Shown here one piece after another: positions 1-11,000 of a DNA stretch of 64,000 bases. The position numbers and the translations under genes were made by a program. The DNA is from Selaginella moellendorffii (lineage: Eukaryota; Plantae; Lycopodiophyta). Within the stretch, counting starts at the first letter, position 1. Each line of letters opens with the position of its first letter. The notes under the pieces are model-generated. The model did no database searches, had not been told where the DNA came from, and worked only from the letters and a program-made list of their open reading frames with translations. The DNA lies in contig NW_003314283.1 in assembly GCF_000143415.4 (NCBI RefSeq), positions 1,602,330 to 1,666,329 of the forward strand, read 5' to 3'.

Positions 1-64
1 CAATCAAAACTGAACTTGCCCATAACAGGCTTTATATAAGAAAAAAAAAAAATTCATCATATAC

Positions 65-2172
65 TTAATGTTTCTTCTCCCAGTTCAGAGTGTCTCGTCT
101 CTTATAAAAACAAATCCACCCATTACCAACCTTTCGGCCAAAATAAACTTCGAACAACTTCAAACCAGGTTTCAACATCGTCCCCAAGATTTCATCTTTT
201 AGCCGTGGATAAAACATCAAAGCTAGCAGTTCCTCCTCCTTCTTATCTTCCTGTAGAATTCATGTTAGTTTTATGTCACCGGTAAGGAAATTCAACCTCC
301 TCCTCCGTGCCCCATTCTGCTGGGGGATCCCATTCTTTGAGTGGCTCCATGACAAAAGGGATGTAACAACCAATAATCGTCACATCCCCTGTGCATAGCT
401 CAAAAGGCAGGTCATCTTTCGGGTTTGAGGTCTGTTTGCTTTGCTTAAGCTCCTCCTGTTAAACATTTTTTTAAGAAATTAGAGTATTTTAGTGAATCAA
501 AATATACCTTCATAGTCTTCTCCTCTTCTTGTAACCAAAGTTTTGCTTTGGTTAAGCTTTGGAAAATCTCTTCTTTCGGGTAGCGCTCTCTCCAGATTGT
601 CTCAAAACGTCGTAGAAAATCCCAAGGAGGTTCGTTTTGTGTCCAAGGCGGTGGTACTAGAGCACGCGAACAGACTAACTCCCCTATTAGTGATCTCGAT
701 CTCACTAAGGCGTCACCCACATAATTTCTCTCACTCACAGCTCCCTATAATAAAGACAAGAGAGATAATTCATCCATAACTAGTACCATGACTCACCAGT
801 AGGTGGGGAAACTCAACAAAGACTTTAGTAGGTCCACCATTGGCAGTTCTACCGTTTGTGAAGCAGACTGTGATTTGCAGTAGCTTATAACTCCCTTTGA
901 CTCTTCGTCCTACAGTTAGTTTGGTGAAAAATAAACAAAAAAACTAAAGAAAAGCTACTTACGCTGTTCCAGTTGGAGACGATGAAGCGCGCTGGCATCG
1001 ATCCTCCGAATGGACAAATGCTCACCAGCCGAGTCCTGACGCTCACAAGCCCAATATGGGAGAGGAAGTTGTCGAGAGATTGATGGTGCTTCAGGTGTGC
1101 CAAAAATCTTGGGCGTGTATTTCCTGAAAGAATGCCATTCAGCTTCATTTGAATGCTGGAATGAATCATACCAGGTTGCTTGCACGCCTTGGAACCCTGC
1201 TCCAGGAGGCTTCTGCTTGCTATTGTAGAAGCAACAAAGCTTCTCTTGTCTTTCAACCTGTGAAAGACAGATTTTCAGCAGGAAGAAAGAGAATATACTG
1301 AGACATACCCATGCGTTTATAAACATAACCATGTTGGCAATCCTAGATTTTAAAACACGCCAAAGTTGCTCACTCCATTTTGTTGTTCCTTCTTTTTTCC
1401 GGAAAAGGAGTTTTCCTGCTTGTGACACAATCAGTGTCAAGGAACTCTTTATAAGAGCTTCCTCTCGTTCGCTTGGATCCACGACCTACAAAAACATGGA
1501 AATATATCACAGTCGGATGCAGCAAAAGAAAGAAAGGTCGAATAGCTTACTACTGGCCCTCCATCAGCAAAGAATCCAAAGGTAATGGCAACTGGGATAT
1601 CATGTATAACCTGGAAATGTTAAATCCAGATTAAGTCTAGAAAGTTTATTGCTGACTCACCGTTTCAGTAAGAGGCTGATCTCCCAAGGAGACAAGAGCA
1701 GCTATAGCAGCAAGTAAAGAAACATCAATGACACTTCTGCAATACAAAAAAAGAAAAACCAAAAAGACACGAGAATGAAGATTATGGATCTAAAGAACAC
1801 ATACCCTTCGTAGTCATGGATCTGGATGTGAATTTCCAGTCCCTTAGCGTGCGTCAAGAAATATAATTCGATGATGCTTTTCACGTCGTTGACAAGTTGA
1901 TGTGCCTGTCGAAATTCTGGAAGACGACATCTAGATTCAATCTCAACTTGAACGGTGAATTGTATGTGAGTCCTCACGCTCGCCCACACTCGACTGCCTC
2001 CTTTCCTGGCAAAGAGAGTGCCCCTTGTCCTACGTTACATACCACTATATCATTCATGAAAGAACCGAATTTATACAGTAGGACTAACCTTGGATAAATG
2101 AACAGCTCTCGTTCTTCAAACGGAGCTCTACCGTCACTCCGCACCCAAGCTCTCGTCCAATCAACATTTGTA
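65..2172 (-). CDS. Spliced gene with a divergent N-terminal RNase PH fold (exosome RRP45/RRP42-like) and an unrecognised C-terminal extension; 5' end uncertain
   Basis: Exons joined over GT-AG introns give RSDGRAPFEERELFIYP, EIHIQIHDYEG, DVSLLAAIAALVSL, HDIPVAITFGFF and VDPSEREEALIKSSLTLIVSQAGKL, in the order of RNase PH domain 1/2 motifs of exosome ring subunits. Further open exons run to a TAA at 65-67. No start codon identified. Confidence 0.5.
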
Positions 2173-3064
2173 CTGCAGAAAAGAAGATAAATTGGAATTG
2201 GAATTCTAAGAGATCAATCCATTACTTCACATCAGCGATCACTGCGTCGGCATCAATCGTCGGCTTGGCATCGATCGTCGTGCCAGGACCAAAAGCAATC
2301 CATGGCCCAGCCAGCCTGAATTTATCGGTAAAATGCTACACCAAAGAAGAACCCTAGCCCTTAAACCCTCGCGATTTAAATTAAATTTGATGGTTGACTT
2401 GTTTACGTGGCAAGAAAATATTCTGGGTATCAGAATATACCCGGGGAACCGCAAAAGATTGAGTCTCAAGAACGCGTCTCGGCACCGACAGAGAATCCAG
2501 GCGAGGAAGCGTTGACACGAATTGGGAATAAGGTGGACCTCCCGCCTATCGTGCAAAGCGACAAGCTGCTCATCCGCCATAGCTCCTTGACGCATTTCCA
2601 CCTGAAACGCCATCGGATCGTGGAGAACAACACGTCTCTTGCGGACAAGACGAGCGATTGCGGTAGCTTCGGATCTTGAACAACAGGTTCGTCGTCTAAA
2701 ACGTGGTTTTGAGATTCCCATTCTCGGCATTCCAAGTCTACGCATGCCATCAGATCAAGCAACATTGTGGCTTGCACAATCTAGCTATACCATCCAAGCA
2801 TGGAGTTTCAAGAAACTCACGAAGATCATAGAACAGCTTTTTCGCCTTGACATATACCCAGTGTAGGCATTCGAGCGAGATGAACCAGCAAGATTTTCCA
2901 CGTAATGGCGATCGTGCCTCCCCATTTGCTGTACACGTCCATGACTCGCGCGTGGAACTCCCGGAGGCTGGAGAGCCGCGTCGAGGCCTTGATCCGGGCC
3001 GCCAGTGAGGCTCCATCGGCACACAGGTTAGAATACCTGTTTTTCCAAAACTCTGGAGCCTCCT

Positions 3065-4118
3065 CTACGCATTCTTGTTGTCTTCCTCGCCCTCCTCCAC
3101 CTCGCCTTCCCTGGGGATGATGATTCCGTAGCCGCCTTCTTTCCTCTTGTAGAGGATGTTCACCTCGCCTGGAAGATGGGAATAAGAAATCGTGACGATA
3201 GATCTCGCGAGCTTACCACTCTCGGCATTCCTGAACGCGTAGAAATCATGGCCAATGTTTGCCATGTGGTCCATTGCGTCGTTGATCTTGAGGGGTGGCA
3301 TGTCAAAGATCTTGGTTCTCACAATCTAGCAGAACCAAAACAATGATCATCGAGAGAGCAGTGGATCATCAATCGCTCACTCACCTCGTCTGGAAAGTCA
3401 GGCTCCTCCACAGCCGGGGTTGGAGGAGCGGTAGACGATTCCCTGGAGAGGATCTCCCCGACGTGCGATGGCAAGCGCCGGCCATGTCCGTCCTTCTCTT
3501 TGATCTTGCGGAGTTTCCTGGCCACCACGTCCGACACCCGGTCGATGGCCGAGTACATGCTATCGGTCGCTTCCTCGGCTCGCACGACACCGTGCTTCTT
3601 CGTAAACATGGTCACCTGTTGGATCGAATCCATCACGACCACGATTGATCCAAAGACAAGAAAGAACTACCTCGCATTTCTGGAGCTTTTGTCCCCTGCC
3701 ACTCTCGCCGCCGCGCACGGACAAGCGAACGTCCACCTCCATCACCAGATACGCGTGATTGTGCACGGCCTTGCCGACTTTGTCCTCCACATAAGCTTTG
3801 AGCGCCTCCGTGAGCTGTGCCCATCATCGCCAAAAGATTTGTAGCAAAGCGATCGTGCGAGCACTCGTCACTCACCTCCAAATGCTTGCCCTGGATGACG
3901 AGCCGAATGGACGCCAGGCTTCCCGCCCAGGCCATGCTGATCCTACTCGTGCTCGTCTCGAAGATCAGCCGCGCCGGCGACGCGATGATCGTCCTCGAGG
4001 AAGAATGCGGCACGAAGCTACTGCCCAGGACCAGCGGCGAGCGCGCGGTGACGCCATAGCTCGGCATGGGCGACGTAAACACCCGCGGAGCTCCACTAGC
4101 AGCAGCCATGCCCGCCAT
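3065..4118 (-). CDS. PSRP1: Plastid ribosome-binding/hibernation factor PSRP1 (HPF/S30AE family), 5 exons
   Basis: Ser/Arg-rich transit peptide, then [10 protein letters not shown]|[17 protein letters not shown]...[11 protein letters not shown]...CE|[15 protein letters not shown]...[22 protein letters not shown]|[12 protein letters not shown]...GHDFYAFRN|[19 protein letters not shown]; short GT-AG introns. Confidence 0.92.
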
Positions 4119-4358
4119 GAGAACGACGTATGGATAAACTGTAGAAAGAATAATATAAAACCCTTTGTAAGAAACAAACACGCGTCTACATACTTTAGAG
4201 CTTCACTGGAGAAGAAATCACGAAACAATCCTAGATCATAGAAAAACCAAAACGTCAGAAGCGATACAACACAAATCCTAGAGCTCATCACCACCTTTTA
4301 TCTTCGCTCCCCAAGGTTCTTGAGAAGAACCACCGCTTTGCTTTGTTCTTGGCCGCGG

Positions 4359-6023
4359 CTAGAACTTGAACTTTTGCTTCTTGCTGCCCGATGCCTGCTG
4401 CTTCTCCTTGCGCTTCCGGCTCTTCTCCCTCACATGATCCGCCACCATGTCGCTAAAGTCCTCGGTCTGCGGCTGGTTCGCGGTCCGCGCCTCCTCGTAC
4501 TTGTCCCGGATGTCCTTCTCCTCCACACCGCGCTCCAGCTCCTCGGGACGCAGCGTCACCTCCACCCGGCTGTTGGCACCGCCACGCCGCCCCACCGCCA
4601 CCGCATTGCCAGCCTTGGAACTGGAAGCTGCCACCGCCGCCTTGGAGCCAGCATCCGGGACGATGTATCGGTGGTCCGGCGCCAGGAGAGCATCCGAGGC
4701 AATCGTCACGCCCTCCTGCTGGACAACCTGGTAGAGTTGCTGCTGCTGCTGCTGGGACGCCACCGCGGCTGATACCGCCGCCGCCGCCGCCACCGCCGCC
4801 GACCGGCTGCTGGTCTTCCTCAGCTCCAGCTCGCTTACCACCGACGCCGAGCCGCTGTCGATCGTCAGCTGCTCCTGCTCCTCGCTTCCAGCCTCGCTCG
4901 GCTCAATCAGCTGCGCTGCGTCCTCCACTTCCTCCTGTTGCTCCTCCTCCTCCTCCTCCTCCTCTTCTTCTTCCTCTTCCTCTTCGTCCAGATCCCCCCA
5001 GCGCCGCCGGTCCAGTCCCAAGTTCTCGTTCACGTAGATGGGCTGCGCGTCGCGAGCTCCCGGGATCTGGAGGCCCGGGTAGCAGGGCGGGGGGCCATAC
5101 GTCTGCATGTTGTAGATCCACGGCATGAAGTCGCCGGGACCGATTCCCAGTGCGTTGCGCAGCTCGGTGCTCAGAGTTCCCGGCTTGAACCGCCGCCGCT
5201 TCTCCGTCACGTCGTCCTCCTCCTTCCCCCAGTAGTACATGTCGCCGAATCCGGACAGCCGCGGCTTGGTCTGGTACTTGAAGAAGGCGTTGTACATCAC
5301 CTGGTAGTCGAGGTTGAGCTTGCCAACTTTGCCCTTCATCTTGGAGCTCTGCTTCTGCTTGAGGCTCTTGCTCGCCTCCTTCTCCCGCAGCTCCTCGCGC
5401 ATCTTGCCGATGCCCGTGGCCGCGATGTAGTCGGGGAGATTGTAGCTCGACCGCTCCTTGCCCAGCTTCCTCGAGAGGTAGCGGCCCTTCTCGGACCAGT
5501 GGCGCGGCACCGGCACCGTGTTCCTGTACGACTTGAGATAGATGAGGAGCTCCGGGTCGGGGGCGCTCGCGTCCCACACCTCCACCACCGACGGGTTCCT
5601 GCACTTGCTCTTGAGCTCCGCGACCCTGGTCTGGATCTTCTTCTTGCGCTCTCTCTTGGGCAGCTTCTTGTTGGGATCCACCAGGCTGCCAGCCCCCGTT
5701 CCTCCTCCCATATCCCCGCCATCGTCAATCTCCTCCTCCAAATCCCGGCGGAGGAGGGCGTGGGCGTCCTTCCTCACCTTTCCCTCATCTTGCTCGTCCT
5801 TTGGCTGCGATTCATCCTTTTTGGCCTCGGAAAACCTGGCAAACACATTGACAAACTGAATGGCCAAGACATCATCACCTCCAATCTCCTCCGGGACGTA
5901 TTCAATCTCCACACCCTCCTCCTTCTTTACCGGCGGCAGTGGCGGCAGTGGCGGCAGCGGCGCCATAGCGTCGGCCCCCTTGGCAGTCTTGCCATTGCGC
6001 TGCTTCCTCTTCGCCCTCGCCAT
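4359..6023 (-). CDS. SF3B2: Splicing factor 3B subunit 2 (SAP145/Cus1)-like, single exon
   Basis: DUF382 motifs VAELK...PSVVEVWDASAPDPELLIYLKSYRNTVPVPRHWS and LDYQVMYNAFFKYQTKP; PSP domain KPGTLSTELRNALG...MQTYGPPPCYPGLQIPG; C-terminal EDFSDMVADH...KFKF. First ATG at 6023. Confidence 0.92.
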   Translation of the reverse strand: MARAKRKQRNGKTAKGADAMAPLPPLPPLPPVKKEEGVEIEYVPEEIGGDDVLAIQFVNVFARFSEAKKDESQPKDEQDEGKVRKDAHALLRRDLEEEIDDGGDMGGGTGAGSLVDPNKKLPKRERKKKIQTRVAELKSKCRNPSVVEVWDASAPDPELLIYLKSYRNTVPVPRHWSEKGRYLSRKLGKERSSYNLPDYIAATGIGKMREELREKEASKSLKQKQSSKMKGKVGKLNLDYQVMYNAFFKYQTKPRLSGFGDMYYWGKEEDDVTEKRRRFKPGTLSTELRNALGIGPGDFMPWIYNMQTYGPPPCYPGLQIPGARDAQPIYVNENLGLDRRRWGDLDEEEEEEEEEEEEEEEQQEEVEDAAQLIEPSEAGSEEQEQLTIDSGSASVVSELELRKTSSRSAAVAAAAAVSAAVASQQQQQQLYQVVQQEGVTIASDALLAPDHRYIVPDAGSKAAVAASSSKAGNAVAVGRRGGANSRVEVTLRPEELERGVEEKDIRDKYEEARTANQPQTEDFSDMVADHVREKSRKRKEKQQASGSKKQKFKF

Positions 6024-6044
6024 CACAAGCCCTAGAATTTCCAC

Positions 6045-6070
6045 GAACCCTAAAGCTACACAAACCCTAA
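6045..6070 (+). promoter_or_regulatory. Telo-box-like motifs (AAACCCTAA) just upstream of SF3B2
   Basis: GAACCCTAAA and AAACCCTAAA lie 20-50 nt from the ATG. Telo-boxes are typical of plant translation and splicing gene 5' regions. Confidence 0.4.
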
Positions 6071-6179
6071 AGCTAACCGCGCCCCCTTTATATAGTAATC
6101 TAAAGGGGCCCCGTTAAAAAGGGTAACTAGGTTTCTGGCAGAAAAAAAAATTCTTGGCTTGTATGATCATGGTGGAAAA

Positions 6180-7822
6180 TCACATGAGCTGCGGCGGATA
6201 CCACAGCGCCGATCTTGGCAGTCGCTCCTGCGGGTAGTATCCCAAGTGCCGGATCTGGGCCTCCTGCCATCGCTTCATCTTCTCCTGGTCGATGAGATAC
6301 TCGAGGTTGCTCCGGATGCTCTCCAGCGCCGCCTCCACTCGCTCCTCCTCCTCGCTCCGGCTGCTCGACAGCTTCACCTCCGCCCAAAGCCTTCGCGCTT
6401 TTCTTCTCGGCTCGTCGTCCGAGCACGCGCAGGGTGATGGACTTCTGCTGATCTCCACCGACACCACGGAGCCACCACCGCCACCTCTCGGGCTGTGTCC
6501 TCTGGATCGAGAGCCGCCTCGAGAGGACGGTCGAGAGCAGGGGCTCCTCCCTCTCGATCCGCTCGGGTTGATGCCACTCGAACCCCGGCTCAAGCACGAG
6601 GTGACGAAACTCGAGCACTTGGAAAGCTTGCCGGCTGGCTTCGTCTCTCTGGAGAAGCACACACGGATGATTAGTCGAGGAGAGAAACGAGGAAAGCAAA
6701 GCAAAGCTTACATCTGGATTGAAGAGGTGAAGCTCCGATCTTTGCAAAGCTCCTGGAACTAACTTAACACCCGTTACTGTGCGAAAACTCTCGAGGACTG
6801 GCTTACTGGCCTGTTCTACAGGGACGACAACGCCGACGACGACAACGACGCGACGAACTCTTCTGCTGGCTGTGATGATCCTTCTTCCAGCTCAAAATTA
6901 CCTGAGGCCCATTCCCTTCAATGTCCAGTGTGATCCCCGGCCGAGAGTCCGCGTAGTCGACCAGCCTTTCCACGTCCCGCTCCAGGCGGTCCAGCTCGGC
7001 CGCGGTTTCTCTCGTCTCCAACTCCCGCTGGATCTTGCGTGCCAGCCTCATGATGCACTCGGCTCCGCCTTGAGGCTTGTCTTCCAGGACGATATCTGCA
7101 ACCAAGCTGCTCATTCAAGACTGAAAACATAGGAAAAACGAGCAAGGAAAAGAAATGGAGAGAAGAGCACACTCTTTGGCAGAATTACCAGACAGAGTGC
7201 CCAATATCCAACCTATTGTTGCCTTCCTCTGGAGCGTATCATTCTCCACCTCGAAAAACTTCCTCTCGCGCTCTTTCCTCCGCTGGACCCGTCGCACTTC
7301 ATCCTCGAGTGCCAAAACACGCTGCAAAAGTTGCTGGAAAGGAGAGAAAGAAGAACATCACATCACCATCTCGACCGAGAAAAAACGATAAGAGCTTGCC
7401 TTTCTTCTGCCTTGTTCTTTCCGGAGGAGCCCATCCTTCTTCTCCACGTCGATGCTCAAACTTATGCTCCCACCATCGTCGTCTTTGCATCGGGATTCAT
7501 ACTCACACGTGATCTTGTGCTTGCCATCGAGCTCCTTCTCCAAAAGCTTGAGCTTCTTGTCCTGGATCGCACTCTCGAGGCTCTTGAGGTGATCCAACAG
7601 GTCGTGATTCTCCCTCTCGTGCATCCGGATGATCTCCTGCCTCAGCCTGGCGATGTCAAGGTCCTCCCCACATCCCCCGCACTTTTTATTCTTCCTGGTA
7701 TTCATTCCACGCCACGGTCACTCACACACCAAAGATCGATGGATCCGGCGCTTACATCTTCCAATCTCTCACCGCCGCATTTCCAGATCCACACTGCGCA
7801 GGCGCTGTCCAGAATCATCCAT
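6180..7822 (-). CDS. Multi-exon coiled-coil protein of unknown function (possibly two genes)
   Basis: ATG at 7822 with a GTGAG donor; successive open exons with heptad-like charged helices (LDIARLRQEIIRMHERE, LQRVLALEDEVRRVQRRKERE, RKIQRELETRETAAELDRLERDVE, EEERVEAALESIRSNLEYL). No family recognised. Confidence 0.5.
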
Positions 7823-8031
7823 GCCGCTGCTGCGAGGGGGCATCTCCGCCAGGAGCCCTAAAACTCAAGACCTTTCGTCCACGTGGCACATCAAGCGCCA
7901 CGTATGCACAACATCCCGCCTGAATTCAAAGTCAATTCAAATTCAAATTTTTGTACTTTCAGAAGCTCAGCTATGGAGAACAATGAAGCTTTTCAGTAGT
8001 GTACATGAGAAGAGAAAGAAGATCACTAGAC

Positions 8032-11000
8032 TCAAACCCCGACGCTTTGGAGTGGAGTTTGGGGCGGCGGCGCCACCCCCACCGATCCGGCCGAGCTGTT
8101 AGATTCGATGTCTTTGAGATACCTGGCGACTTGGAGCATGCTGGGCCTCTTCGCCGGATCCTCGGCTGTGCAAAGGCTCGCGACTTGCAACACCTGGAGC
8201 ATCTCCACCTTCCAGGGCCCGTTGGAGATGTCCGGGTCCAACACCTCGGCTGCTTGCCCGAGCTTGATCATCTGCCTCACCCATCCGATGAGGTTGCCTC
8301 CCTCCACGTCCTTGAATTCGATCCCGGTTGGCTCCTTGCCGCTCAAGATCTCCAGCAGGATCACTCCATAGCTGTACACGTCCCCCCTGGTTGTGGATCT
8401 CCAGCTCTGGCCATACTCCGGAGGGATGTAGCCGAAAGTCCCCGCGATGTCCGTGCTGACGTGAGTTTCGTAAGCGCTGATGAGACGGGCGAGGCCGAAG
8501 TCGGCTATCCGAGGCTCAAACTCCGCGTCCAGGAGGATGTTGCTAGCTTTCATGTCCCTGTGGATGATGTGCGGCACCAGTCCGTGGTGGAGGAAGGCCA
8601 GGCCCCGAGCCGACCCCGTCGCGATCTTAAACCTCTTGGGCCAGTCGAGGACTTCAAGAGCGTCCGCTCGGTTTCGCAGCCACAAGTCGAGGCTCCCGTT
8701 CACCATGTAGTCGTAGACGAGCAGCTTCTCCTCGCCAAACGAGCAGTAGCCCAGCAGCGGGACCAGGTTCCGGTGCTTCACCTTGCCAAGCGTTTCCATC
8801 TCCGCCAGAAACTCCCGGTTGCCTTGGTTCCGCGCCTGGCCCAGCTTCTTCACCGCGACGCTCCTCCCGTCGGGAAGAACGGCCTTGTACACCGTCCCAA
8901 AGCCACCGTCTCCAATGATGTTGGCCTTACAGAAGCTGCCAGTTGCTTGTAAGATGTCGGCCAGCGTCAGCCTCAGCGGAAGAGGTCTCTCAAACATGGC
9001 GACGTTGATGCTCAGAGGCTCCTTCATTTTGCTCACGGACAGCATCGAAGGATCTATGGAGGAGCCGTTGCTCAGCTTGCCTTCGTCGGACATCTTCATG
9101 AAAGGCTCGTGCTTGACCGTCCGGCACCTCATCAGCGCAAAGACGAAGCTGAAAAATGCCACCACGCTGCCTATCACGATCCCGAGCAGAGCTGACGCCG
9201 ACAAGCTGTTCGTTTCGTGCTTCCCTGACGGGCATTCGGAGTGAAAAATGCTGCCACAGAGAGCCTTGTTCGAGAGAAACGCCTGTGGAGTGAAGTTGCT
9301 GCATCGCTCTGGGACGGGACCAACCAGCCTGTTGTTGGACATGTTTAAGAAGCTCAGGTTGGAGAACTCGCAAAGCTTGTCGGGTATCTTTCCTGTCAGC
9401 TCGTTGTCGGAGACGTCTGCGTAGCTGAGCTGCATCAAGTTGGCGAGCTCCGTAGGAATAGCACCGCTGAAGCCATTGCCTTTGAGACTGAGGTACGAGA
9501 GACCAGATAAGTTACCGATGTTGCTTGGTATCGCTCCTCGAAATAAATTATGGCTGAGATCCAAAACCTGTACTTGGTGCCATGCAGCACTTTCAGTGAG
9601 AAGGCCACGGATGTCCCCGGTAAGCCGATTGTTCTGGACGTAGAGCCCGACAAGGAACAACAGGCGTGCCATCGAGTCCGGTAGCTCACCACTGAGATTG
9701 TTGTTGCTCACGTCCAGATGAGATAGAAACGTCAAGTTCCCAATGGTGTCCGGCAATGTCCCGGATAGCGCGTTGCCAGTGACGTTGAGCTCCACCAGGC
9801 GACCGAGCTGGCCAAACTCGGACGGAATGCTGCCAGTGAGGTGATTGTTTGCAAAGTTCAGTCCTTGAATCTTCTGGCAGTCGCCGAGTTGTGGAGGAAT
9901 CGTTCCACTCAACTGATTCTCGGAAAGATCCAAGGTCGTCAGGTTGGTGAGCTTGGCAATCTCCTTGGGAATGCTACCTGAGAGCCGGTTCCCCCGCAAG
10001 TGAACCTCAACCAGCACTGCGCAGTCACCGATTTGCGGAGGTATGGTACCCGTGAGCTCGTTCCACGACAAGTCGAGTATACCGTGGTGCTGGATGAAGC
10101 TCGAGTCCGGAATGGCAATCTGCTGGAAGTCGGAGCACATCTCTGGCGGTATGGTACCGGTGAGCTTGTTGTGGGACAGCACCAAGTAGTCGAGCAGCAC
10201 GAGCTTGCCAACTTCTTTGGGAATAGACCCCGTCAGCGAGTTGCTCCCCAAGTTGAGGGTAGTCAACCTCTCGCAGTGACCAAGTTCCGCTGGAATGGAG
10301 CCGGACAAGCGGTTGTGCAAGAGCGAAAGGACAGTCAAGTTGGAAAGCTTTCCAAGCTCACGAGGAAGTGAGCCGTTGAGGAAGTTGTTGTCGAGGATCA
10401 AGTGCTGCAGACTGTGTAAGTTTCCGACCAGTGGTGAAAGCTGGCCCTCAAAGTTGTTGTTGCTTGCGTATATCTCCATCAGAATCGGCGACTGCCAGAG
10501 CTCGTCCGGGAGTGTCCCTGTGAAGTTGTTCCCACTCAAGTCGAGGATCATCAGCGGAAGCGCAAGCAGATCGGTCGGAAGTGGCCCGGAGAGATTGTTG
10601 GACGTGAGATCCAACTGCGTCAAGTTGGTGCACTTGGAAAATGTCCCCACGATGCTTCCGGAAAACATGTTCCTGTTGAGCGTCAGCTGACTCAAGGCCC
10701 GAGCGTCACAAAGCTCCTTTGGAATCTCCCCGGACAAGAGATTGGTGTCGACTCCCAGGTCTCGGAGAGAGCTGCAGTTGCCAAGCTCCGGAGGAAGACT
10801 TCCCGTGAAGCTGTTGGTAGAAAGCAGTATGGAGTCCACCCTTTTCCACCTCCCAATCCACGACGGTATCGGCCCCGAAAGCATGTTCCCCTCCACAGTG
10901 AAGGACACCAGCCTCTCCAAATTAGCCAGCTCCTCGGGCAGCCGGCCTGACAGTAGATTGAAAGCAAGGTCGATGACTTGCAAGCTTCGACACCTTCCAA

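Noticed and set aside
4320-6035. Plus-strand 365-aa and other ORFs overlapping SF3B2
   Set aside because: Antisense shadows of a GC-rich coding sequence.
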